Assembly (NCBI GenBank): GCA_025340205.1
Contig: CP006868.1
Coordinates: 480,001 to 512,000 of the forward strand
DNA length: 32,000 nucleotides
Source of the DNA: Ignicoccus pacificus DSM 13166
Lineage (GTDB): Archaea > Thermoproteota > Thermoprotei_A > Sulfolobales > Ignicoccaceae
Reading direction: 5' to 3'
A program made the translations under genes and the position numbers. Below, one piece after another: positions 14,137 to 21,956 of the stretch. Numbering within the stretch: the first letter of the stretch is position 1; each line of letters starts with the position of its first letter. The notes below the pieces were generated by a model that saw only the letters and a program-made list of their open reading frames with translations, was not told the DNA's origin and ran no database searches.

Positions 14137-15473
14137 CACTCAACCTTTCTTCCCATTACTCCCTCTGCGTAAGCTATCGCCCTTTCAATTAATTTATCCG
14201 CTTGTCCCAAGTAGGTCTTCTGGGAGCAGAGGACCGCCAGCTCCTCCTCAGATAGGTATTTACCCAGCTCTCCTTCCAAAGCCTTCTCCAAGTCCCCGTA
14301 TTCCCTAACTGCCTTCATAACGAGCTTGTGGGCGTCGTTCCTAGCGAGCCCCTTCTGGAGGGTCAGGTATACCATTATCCTCTCAGCTAAGTTCAAGCAC
14401 TTTACCTTCTCCAAGTTCTCCTTTATTCTTTCTTCATTAACCAATAACTTCTTCAGCAGCTTCTTGAACGACCTCAGCTGCTCATCTAAGGTCAAGAATT
14501 GGTGAGGAATTATTATCCTCTCTGAAGAGGAATTGGTCAAGTCCCTCTCGTGCCACAAGGGGATGTTCTCCATTTCTCCTATCACGAAGCTCCTAGCTAC
14601 CTTTGCCAGTCCAGAGATCTTCTCAGCCGTTATCGGGTTGGCCTTATGGGGCATGGTGCTCGATCCCACTTGACCCTTTGCCACTCCCTCGACGAGCTCC
14701 CCTATCTCGGGCCTGCTTAGCTCCCTCACTTCTAAAGCGAACCTATCTAGGACGGAGGAAAGTATTGCTAAATTGGACATCAGCTCGGCGAAGCCATCCC
14801 TAGGAGCTATCTGAGTGCTTATCTCGTGGGGCTTCAACCCTAGCTCTTCAGAGACGATCCTCTCTATCTCGAGGCCCTTATCTCCCCAAGCTGCCATCGT
14901 CCCCACCGCTCCGGCCATCTTCAACCTCACGACCCTCTCCTCCGTCTCCTTCAGCCTTTCGTAGGACCTCGCTATCTCATAGACATAGTTAGCAAACTTG
15001 AAGCCCAAGGTTATCGGAACGGCCCACTGGCCGTGAGTCCTCCCGAGCATGACCAGATCCTTGTACTTCCTAGCCATGCAGGAAAGCTGAATCAGAATAT
15101 CCTCGAGGTAAGAGTAGATGAGCTTGAGGGCCTCTCTAAATTGCAACGCCCAGACCGTGTCAACTATGTCGTAGCTAGTCGCTCCTAGGTGCAAGTACTT
15201 CCCGGCCTCTCCCATTCTCCTTCTCAAAGCCTCAGTGAAGGCCATAATATCGTGGCCCAGCTCCTTCTCCAGCTCATCGACCTCTGAGGGATCCAGCTCC
15301 TTTACCGCTTCCCTTACCTCATCATAGTTTACTTTGGGTATCATCCCAACCTCTACCAAGGCCTTTAACAGAGCTCTCTCGACCTCTGCCATGAGCTCCA
15401 GTCTCCTCTTCCTCGACCAGATCCTCCTCATCTCCTCGCTTCCGTACCTCCACTCGAAGACGCAAACCTCCAA
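14133..15473 (-). CDS. purB: Adenylosuccinate lyase
   Basis: Fumarate-lyase signature GSSTMPHKANP, N-terminal RYGSEEMRRIWS, length 446 aa. Confidence 0.92.
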   Translation of the reverse strand: MEVCVFEWRYGSEEMRRIWSRKRRLELMAEVERALLKALVEVGMIPKVNYDEVREAVKELDPSEVDELEKELGHDIMAFTEALRRRMGEAGKYLHLGATSYDIVDTVWALQFREALKLIYSYLEDILIQLSCMARKYKDLVMLGRTHGQWAVPITLGFKFANYVYEIARSYERLKETEERVVRLKMAGAVGTMAAWGDKGLEIERIVSEELGLKPHEISTQIAPRDGFAELMSNLAILSSVLDRFALEVRELSRPEIGELVEGVAKGQVGSSTMPHKANPITAEKISGLAKVARSFVIGEMENIPLWHERDLTNSSSERIIIPHQFLTLDEQLRSFKKLLKKLLVNEERIKENLEKVKCLNLAERIMVYLTLQKGLARNDAHKLVMKAVREYGDLEKALEGELGKYLSEEELAVLCSQKTYLGQADKLIERAIAYAEGVMGRKVEC

Positions 15474-15507
15474 GGTAGCACCTAGGAGGAGTGGGAAAGG
15501 GGAACCT

Positions 15508-16146
15508 TTACCCCTTAAGGCAAGAGTACATCTCCTCCAAGGTCTTAGCCGGGTCCTCGCTCAAGGTGACGCTCCTCCCGACTATCTCGTAGTCCGCTCC
15601 GGCCCTAAGGGCCTCACAAGGCCTCGCCCCTTGGGCACCTATTCCCGGACTAATTATCTCCTTGCTCCAATACTTCCTTATCTCCCTGAGTACGCTGGTC
15701 CTAGTGGCAGGGGCAACCAAGCCGTCGGCGACCAAGTAGGCCAAGAGCAAGAACTCCCTCCAGTGTTTGTCAATGAAGTGAACGGAGCCGGGGTGACTCA
15801 TGGAAGCTACCAAGTAGAGCTTCTTCCCCTCCAACTCTTCCCTCAGCTCCTTCAAGGCACCTTCATATCCCACGAAGGCATGGGCTATGAAGGCGTCCGC
15901 CTCTACTCTCTTAACCACCTTAATCATTGTAGCTCCTATGTCTGCTAGCTTTAGGTCCGCTATCACAGGTCCGTACTCCTTGAGCTCCTCCACCCTATTT
16001 CCTTCTAAGAGTAAAGGCCATCCGACCTTGAATGCCTTTACCTTACCCTTGAGCTTAGAAGCTATGTCAAACGCCCACTCCCATCCCTTTCCCGGAGGAG
16101 GATCCAACGCTATTATTACCGGGTACATCTCCTTCAACCCTTCCAT
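15508..16146 (-). CDS. pyrF: Orotidine-5'-phosphate decarboxylase
   Basis: Motifs IIALD, KVG, DLKLADIG, SPGIGAQG and IVGRS. The longest ORF starts at TTG 16179; in-frame ATGs at 16146 and 16128 give a more typical N-terminus. Confidence 0.88.
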   Translation of the reverse strand: MEGLKEMYPVIIALDPPPGKGWEWAFDIASKLKGKVKAFKVGWPLLLEGNRVEELKEYGPVIADLKLADIGATMIKVVKRVEADAFIAHAFVGYEGALKELREELEGKKLYLVASMSHPGSVHFIDKHWREFLLLAYLVADGLVAPATRTSVLREIRKYWSKEIISPGIGAQGARPCEALRAGADYEIVGRSVTLSEDPAKTLEEMYSCLKG

Positions 16147-16225
16147 AGAAAAGTGGAGCGATTTTAGGTCAGCGTGCAAGAACGCTTACGCCCAGCTTAA
16201 AGAGGGGTAGTGGAAGTTCACCACG

Positions 16226-16780
16226 GTGAACCGCGTGAAGAAGTTAGCGATAGCTTTAATCTTCGCCGTTACCTTGATGGCAGCTCAGACCAGCATAACT
16301 GGAACGGTAGTCGCTGTGAGCGGAAGGTACTTGGTGCTAAACGTAAACGGCGAGACGCTAACGGTAGTGCTCCCTCAGAGCATGGTACTGAAGACCAACG
16401 TCTCCAAGGCTCTAGCTCCCGGCACCAACGTGACCATAGTCGGAACGAGCAACCCTTACGGCGTAATCCTCGCCAAGGAGGTGATCGTAGGCAACCTTAC
16501 CTACACTCCCGGAGGAGTTAAGGTAATGAAAATGAACATGACTAGGAACATGACTAAGGCTATGCATCAGTACAGGATAAACGCCACCGGAAACGGAACT
16601 ATGGCTATGAACCAGTCCAGAGCCATGACTCAAGCGATGAATCAAACTAGAAGCATGGTAATGACCAGAACTATGACCAACACTATGCCAATGCCCATGA
16701 CCACAAGAGAAGTTACCATAAGCATACCTCAGCCTACTAAGACCGCTCCTCCGATGGGAGGAGGAAAGGGTAAGAAGTAA
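16226..16780 (+). CDS. Secreted protein with an N-terminal beta domain and a Met/Thr/Asn-rich tail
   Basis: Signal-like KKLAIALIFAVTLMAAQTS. There are 15 Met in about 62 residues (MNMTRNMTKAM...TMPMPMTT) and nine N-x-S/T sequons. The C-terminal end is GGGKGKK. Confidence 0.65.
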   Translation: MNRVKKLAIALIFAVTLMAAQTSITGTVVAVSGRYLVLNVNGETLTVVLPQSMVLKTNVSKALAPGTNVTIVGTSNPYGVILAKEVIVGNLTYTPGGVKVMKMNMTRNMTKAMHQYRINATGNGTMAMNQSRAMTQAMNQTRSMVMTRTMTNTMPMPMTTREVTISIPQPTKTAPPMGGGKGKK

Positions 16781-16781
16781 G

Positions 16782-17045
16782 CTAGAGCTTGAAGCCGAGA
16801 GCCTCCATCATGTCTTTTAACTCCTTCAGCTTTTTGAGAGCTTTCCTGCCTTCAGAAGTAACCTCAAGCTTCCCGTCGCTCCTCTTTCTCAAGTAACCCT
16901 TCTCAATCATCCTCTCCACTATCCCCTTTGCCCTGTCATATGGAAGGTTCGCACAAGTAGCAACCTTTGTGAGTACCTCCGGCTCCTCCAAGCACTCCAA
17001 GATATCCAACATTATCCCCGCGACGCTCCTGTACTTCCTCCTCAT
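16782..17045 (-). CDS. Small winged-helix DNA-binding protein (87 aa)
   Basis: IMLDILECLEEPEVLTKVATCANLPYDRAKGIVERMIEKGYLRK is a wHTH. ATGA overlap with the upstream membrane protein gene. Confidence 0.7.
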   Translation of the reverse strand: MRRKYRSVAGIMLDILECLEEPEVLTKVATCANLPYDRAKGIVERMIEKGYLRKRSDGKLEVTSEGRKALKKLKELKDMMEALGFKL

Positions 17046-17641
17046 GACCTACACCTCGAAGCACAGAAGGGAATTATCGGAGCCAGGCCTCTGACCACGT
17101 AGCCTGCCATGAAGAGCGTGGGAATAGCTGAGAAGGCTCCTATAGCGGAGAGCAAGTGACCGAAGCCCAAGGTCAAGAGGAAGAGGCTCCAAGATATTCC
17201 TCTGGAGCCCAGCTTCGCATAAGTTAAGATTGAGCTTATGAGAAGTATTATTACGGATAAGGCGTTGTAGTCCATGTAGAGAAGAAGCACTATGGGAAGC
17301 GAAAGCAAGGAGGAGCACTTGCTTGAGACGTATATCCCGGCGAAGTAGAGCACGTAGGAGATCAAGTAGAAGGACGAAGCCAGTATTGACAAGTCGTAAG
17401 TCCTCATCATTCTGAGCACGGGATGCATCCTCCAGCCGTAGTGGAGACCCCTCTCCGGAGGGCTCGGCGCTAGAAAGTCGAAACCTTCTAAGAGAAGGGC
17501 TCCGGCCAACAAGGCCAAAGCTAAGGACACTAGGAACGTTCCGGGATCGTCCGTTATCTCCGAGACCTCCAGAAGCTTAGCTGCTAAGTAAAGGCTAAGG
17601 ACGCCTCCTATAATTCCAATTATCGAGAGCAGCAGCGTCAA
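17042..17641 (-). CDS. Polytopic membrane protein (~6-7 TM), unknown function
   Basis: Hydrophobic segments run throughout. Translationally coupled to the wHTH gene. Confidence 0.65.
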   Translation of the reverse strand: MTLLLSIIGIIGGVLSLYLAAKLLEVSEITDDPGTFLVSLALALLAGALLLEGFDFLAPSPPERGLHYGWRMHPVLRMMRTYDLSILASSFYLISYVLYFAGIYVSSKCSSLLSLPIVLLLYMDYNALSVIILLISSILTYAKLGSRGISWSLFLLTLGFGHLLSAIGAFSAIPTLFMAGYVVRGLAPIIPFCASRCRS

Positions 17642-17713
17642 AGCGGTATCTCCTAAGGAGGAGAGGGAACAACGCTATAACGCCTCTTCGCACAAGTCAA
17701 GGGGCTATGGAAG

Positions 17714-18463
17714 TTGCTCAAGGTAGATCCCTCTAGAAGGCCTTGGCTCGTGGCATACCTAACCCTAGGCTACCCGGATGAGGAAAAGTTCTTGAAGGCG
17801 TTGGAGTTCCTAAAAGATAAGGCAGAGCTAATAGAAGTGGGCATACCCCCGGATTTCGCGAAGTACGACGGTCCTACCATAAGGAGGAGCTATGAGGTGG
17901 TAAGAAAGAGAGGAATAAGCTTGGAGAACTTCGAAGAGCTCTTGAGAAAGGCTTGTGAGGTGGTGCCTCCTGAAAGGCTGATAGCGATGACTTACTACGA
18001 TGAAGTCAAGGATGATTATGAGAAGTTCTTGGAAAAGGTGTGCGCTGGAGGAGTCCTCTTCGCTGATGCTATAATAGACTTCGTTGACGAAGTTGAAAAC
18101 ATAACAAAGAAGGCTAAAGAAAAGGGGAAGGACACAGTATACTTCGTCTCCCCCACCGTCCCCGATCACATAATCAAGAGGGTCGCTGAGCTGAGCGACC
18201 CGGTACTCTATTTAGGAGTGAGGCCGGCGACCGGAATTCCCCTGCCGGTGGGAATACCGAACCTGCTAGAGAGAATAAGATCGCTCACGGATAAGCCGGT
18301 GGTGGTGGGCTTCGGCCTCAAGATAGAGGAGGTGCCTCAGGCAATAGAGCATGGAGCGTCGGGAATAGTGGTGGGAAGCGCGTTCGTAAAGGCCCTTGGA
18401 GAGAGCTTTGAGGCCTTTGAGAAAAAGGTTGAGGAGTACTTGAAGGTCCTCGGAAAGGCTTAG
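17714..18463 (+). CDS. trpA: Tryptophan synthase alpha-chain-like protein (divergent, no trpB neighbour)
   Basis: LIEVGIPPDFAKYDGPTIRRS corresponds to the canonical ELGxPFSDPxADGPxIQ, with the Glu and Asp retained. The C-terminal VVVGFGL...GASGIVVGSAFVK phosphate-binding region is present. TTG start with CGCTATAAC about 27 nt upstream. Confidence 0.7.
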   Translation: MLKVDPSRRPWLVAYLTLGYPDEEKFLKALEFLKDKAELIEVGIPPDFAKYDGPTIRRSYEVVRKRGISLENFEELLRKACEVVPPERLIAMTYYDEVKDDYEKFLEKVCAGGVLFADAIIDFVDEVENITKKAKEKGKDTVYFVSPTVPDHIIKRVAELSDPVLYLGVRPATGIPLPVGIPNLLERIRSLTDKPVVVGFGLKIEEVPQAIEHGASGIVVGSAFVKALGESFEAFEKKVEEYLKVLGKA

Positions 18464-18933
18464 AGGGTTAGGTCCAGTATCTGCCTAGCCCTTTCCAAGT
18501 CCTCCTTGGAGGGTCTTCTGGCTCCGGGGTCCACGAGCTTTATGATGTATCCCTCGAGAACCAGGAGCGTTCCCACGAGCTTAGGCAAGTTCTCCTTAAC
18601 GTCGTCACTCACCTTGTCGTAGTCGATTATTCCGCTTAGGTACTCAGCTATTGGTCCCAAGTCCAGCTTTTCCTCTCCCAACTCTTCCCTCTTCCTCTCG
18701 AACCTCTCCATGGTTTCAGCTAATCCCTTAGTTATTGGTAGATCCTTCCAAGTAACGTAGTCCCTTCCCTCCGCCTCGGCCCTCTGGAAGGCCACGTCGA
18801 AGAGGTCCGCTAGCTTCTTCTCAGCGGTCTCTATTATCTCTATAGCCTTAGCCTTGTCTATGTCTAGACCTACGGACCTTCTGTAAAGAGTCTGCAACCT
18901 GGTGAAGCCTATTACCTTGGCCACCGATCTCAC
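18460..18933 (-). CDS. Conserved hypothetical protein, possibly histone-fold DUF1931-like (tentative)
   Basis: Clean 157-aa ORF with a GTG start and a helical K/E-rich sequence. The family assignment is from memory only. Confidence 0.55.
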   Translation of the reverse strand: MRSVAKVIGFTRLQTLYRRSVGLDIDKAKAIEIIETAEKKLADLFDVAFQRAEAEGRDYVTWKDLPITKGLAETMERFERKREELGEEKLDLGPIAEYLSGIIDYDKVSDDVKENLPKLVGTLLVLEGYIIKLVDPGARRPSKEDLERARQILDLTL

Positions 18934-19061
18934 CGAAGCTCTGTGCTCGGAGGAGTTTAAAAGAAGATATCATCAACGCTTCTATAAAAACACTACAACG
19001 ATCCTCTTCAAAAAGATACCCTTGGTCCTTTTCATGCATTCAAAGATGCAGAGCTAGGAAG

Positions 19062-19526
19062 CTATATGGAAGCGAATATCCTCTTCAGCTCGTCCTCCAA
19101 GTAATCGAAGTACTCGCAAACGTATTCCTTTCACTTTCTCAATAAAAGCTCCAAGCGGTCCTTCACGTCTTTTTCATCTGTTTCCTCTTGACTTAAATGC
19201 TGACAATCGTAGAGGTCTGAAGCCTCAGCAGTCCACGTTACGATGTCCTTCACCCCGACCTCTTCCAGTAGCACGCTCAGAGCCTTGAGCTCGTGCGGAG
19301 GGGCTTGTATTCCTTCATTTATGAACCATTTCCTCCTCTCCTCGTCGTTAAGTATCTTCAGTATTTCATCCTTCTTCAGATAGAGCAATGCAGAGATCAG
19401 GTCCCTCCAAGCTTGAAAGGCCTTCTAACAAGCGCTCTTGATGAAGCCTTCTCCAAGTAGCTTCTTAGCTAGGTAAGCGTTATAGACACTGTCTTCAATT
19501 TTCTTATTGATGAATTCTTTCTTCAT
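19062..19526 (-). pseudogene. PaREP1/HEPN-like helical protein gene interrupted by two in-frame stop codons
   Basis: A single frame reads MKKEFINKKIEDSVYNAYLAKKLLGEGFIKSAC-TAG-KAFQAWRDLISALLYLKK...DRLELLLRK-TGA-KEYVCEYFDYLEDELKRIFASI-TAG. The internal stops lie at 19425-19427 and 19131-19133, with no frameshift. A GGAGGGAG/GGGGGA SD-like stretch precedes the ATG. Confidence 0.55.
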
Positions 19527-19714
19527 CGGTCCCCCAACTCCCTCCGCTTCCTCGGCGAGGGACAAAGCGGAGTCCCCCTAGAGGGAAATGTAAAAAGAAT
19601 AAAAGATTAGAGTCAATCTTTTTACCAAGTAGGTTCAACTCACTATCTCCAACGATTTTCCTTCTGAAAGCTTTGTATTAACCCTCGTGACACTCCTCAA
19701 GTAGGAATCATGAG

Positions 19715-21259
19715 TTGGAACTGGAAAAGGTTCTCGGAAGAATTGACGGCAGGGGGTACAAGGCTTACAAGGACTTAAAGGGATTGAGGTGGAAGGTAAG
19801 GAACTTTGAGTTTACATTTAAGAAGATTCAAGGGGATCCCTTCGCTCCTCCGAGCGTGGTGGAGGTAAGACTACCTATTAGAGGAGAAGGGCTTCCGGTA
19901 GAGGATCTGCTTCATAGGGTCCTTTGGAAGGTCCTAAGGAGACATTCGAGAAAGAGGGGAGAGGGCAAAGGAGGCCTCCTCGCCTTACCGAAGCCTAGTA
20001 ACGCCATGTTGAGGAGGAGCTCAGTAAAAGCGTCGGGGGAGGTCAGAGCAAGGATATGGGTCGGCCTTCCTTCGAGAAGGAGGAGGGTCTTAGCGGACGA
20101 GGCCTTAGAGATGCTAACTAAGGACCTTCCTAGAGCTCTGGAAGAGGGACTTAAGGAGTTCGAGAACAGAAGGGAGGAGCACGAGAGAACGTACAATATT
20201 TACATGGAGATCAGAAAGAAGCTAGAGAAGTTAAAGCTGATCTCCTTCGTAGCCGACGGCTCCGTTTTACCTCGAGCTTGCTCCTCTTGTGAAGAGCCCT
20301 TGGAGGGAGCAGTCCCCTTCGAATCTCCTTCATCTCTGAGGATTGAGGTGGAGACCTCCTACGGAACAATCGCCGGTATGGGACTCAAAGTGGGAATAGT
20401 CTCAATAACCGGCCCTGCCTTTCACGGAAAGACTACTCTGCTCGAGGCCATAGCTAGAGGGATCTGGCCCCACGTTCCCGGAGACGGGAGGGAGAGGGTG
20501 GTCACAAGGGAAGACGCCTTCTACGTCAGATCGGAGGATGGGAGAAGGGTCTCTTGCGTAGACATCTCTACTTTTCTTAACTTAAAGAACTCGGAGTGCT
20601 TCAACACCGAGGACGCCTCCGGGGCTACCAGCGCCGCCTCCACGCTTCAAGAATCCGTTGAAGGAGGGTCAAGGCTTCTTCTCTTAGATGAGGACTATAC
20701 TGCCACGAACTTCCTCTACTTCGATGATAGACTCAAAGGGCTTTATGACGTAAAGACCGTTTATACCATTTCTGAAAAGCTGAAGAGCATGAAGGAGAAG
20801 GGTCTCAGCATGATAGTTGTGGCCAGCGGCTCCGCTCCGATACTCGCCCAGTCCGATGCCGTAATTTACATGAAAAACTACTTGCCTCACGATATAACAA
20901 GTAAGGCCAATAAGATAAGCGTAGAAGTAGAGGCAATTCCTTACGAGTTTCCAAGAGAAAGGGAGCTGTCTTACAAGGCTCCGGAGAAGGTAAAGGTCAG
21001 GGGTCCCTGGTTAGAGAGCAAGGAATGGAGATCTCCGATTAGGACTGAGGCGAATATTCATTTGGTTGAAGAGGGTCAGCTGGAGTTCCTAGCCAGACTC
21101 CTCCAAAGGCCCTTCAGGGGAAGAGCTAGAAGCGCGAAGGTTCCTGACCCCTGGGATCTTTGCACATCTCCCGGATGCTCGGAAGTTAGGACTTTGGATT
21201 ATTTGTTCGTCTTGAACAGGAGTGAGGGGTTGAGAGCTAGGCTACTTGGTAGCGGCTGA
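19715..21259 (+). CDS. Predicted ATPase of the ABC class (PF09818-like)
   Basis: The N-terminal IDGRGYKAYKDLKG...IQGDPFAPPS and the Walker A ITGPAFHGKTTLLEAI match my memory of this family. LLLLDEDYTATNF is Walker B-like. Confidence 0.7.
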   Translation: MELEKVLGRIDGRGYKAYKDLKGLRWKVRNFEFTFKKIQGDPFAPPSVVEVRLPIRGEGLPVEDLLHRVLWKVLRRHSRKRGEGKGGLLALPKPSNAMLRRSSVKASGEVRARIWVGLPSRRRRVLADEALEMLTKDLPRALEEGLKEFENRREEHERTYNIYMEIRKKLEKLKLISFVADGSVLPRACSSCEEPLEGAVPFESPSSLRIEVETSYGTIAGMGLKVGIVSITGPAFHGKTTLLEAIARGIWPHVPGDGRERVVTREDAFYVRSEDGRRVSCVDISTFLNLKNSECFNTEDASGATSAASTLQESVEGGSRLLLLDEDYTATNFLYFDDRLKGLYDVKTVYTISEKLKSMKEKGLSMIVVASGSAPILAQSDAVIYMKNYLPHDITSKANKISVEVEAIPYEFPRERELSYKAPEKVKVRGPWLESKEWRSPIRTEANIHLVEEGQLEFLARLLQRPFRGRARSAKVPDPWDLCTSPGCSEVRTLDYLFVLNRSEGLRARLLGSG

Positions 21260-21928
21260 AACCATCCCGTACAACATTACCGCAAAGCCCAACGTCCAGA
21301 GGGCATCCTTTGTTACCAGCATCAGCAAGAAGGAGCCGGTGCTGTGAAGCACCGCCAAGCCCAAGAAGATCCCGAGGGAGTATATTATCAATCCGGCTCC
21401 GAAGGCCAAGGCTCCAGGATCCCCCGTCTCCTTGTAAGCCTTGAAGAGTACCCCCGCCACGAAGAGGGGTATGATTCCAGTTAGGAGGACGTGGGGCACG
21501 TCGAACAACCAGAGCTTCATAGGCTTCAAATGGAAGAGGACGTAGCTGGCTACAGCGATGGAAAAGTAGGCGGCAGAACCAATTATTATCGCCAATATCC
21601 ACGGCTTTGCCTTATTCAGCGCCTTCAATAGTGAGTATAGTATTAGGACAAGCGAGAAGGCCCTCAAGGGAGGCGTAACCGCTCCGTGAGGAAGTCTCCA
21701 AGCGACCAGCTGCTCCGTTATGAGTGTCATTCCGTGTAGTGCCATGCCTACGGCAAACACCTTGAGCCAGCTCATCGAAGGTGCTTCCCTGCTGAGCCTC
21801 CACGCTATGAACGCTATCATTAGCTCTATTATACATAGAAGTATCCTTATGAGTACAGCGTACAAGCGCTCTCTCACCAGCTGGGCTACCAAGTTTTCTA
21901 TATAAAGATTTTCAATTGAGTCAATCAT
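21242..21928 (-). CDS. Seven-TM membrane protein, unknown function
   Basis: Seven hydrophobic segments. The 3' end overlaps the convergent ATPase gene by 18 nt. Confidence 0.65.
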   Translation of the reverse strand: MIDSIENLYIENLVAQLVRERLYAVLIRILLCIIELMIAFIAWRLSREAPSMSWLKVFAVGMALHGMTLITEQLVAWRLPHGAVTPPLRAFSLVLILYSLLKALNKAKPWILAIIIGSAAYFSIAVASYVLFHLKPMKLWLFDVPHVLLTGIIPLFVAGVLFKAYKETGDPGALAFGAGLIIYSLGIFLGLAVLHSTGSFLLMLVTKDALWTLGFAVMLYGMVSAATK

Positions 21929-21956
21929 AAAAATTTACTATAAAGAGAGAAGAAAA

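Noticed and set aside
15334-15948. 204-aa plus-strand ORF spanning the purB/pyrF junction
   Set aside because: It is antisense to two well-supported genes and crosses their intergenic gap. The composition is P/L/S/G-rich and it has no recognisable domain.
16210-16521. 103-aa alternative-frame ORF overlapping the Met-rich protein gene
   Set aside because: It has Arg/Ser/Gly-rich junk composition. The 16226 frame has a signal peptide and a coherent domain structure.
21242-21928. A microbial-rhodopsin-like protein (7 TM with a Lys in the last helix)
   Set aside because: It has no RYxDW-type helix-3 motif or other opsin signatures. A single Lys in TM7 is not evidence.
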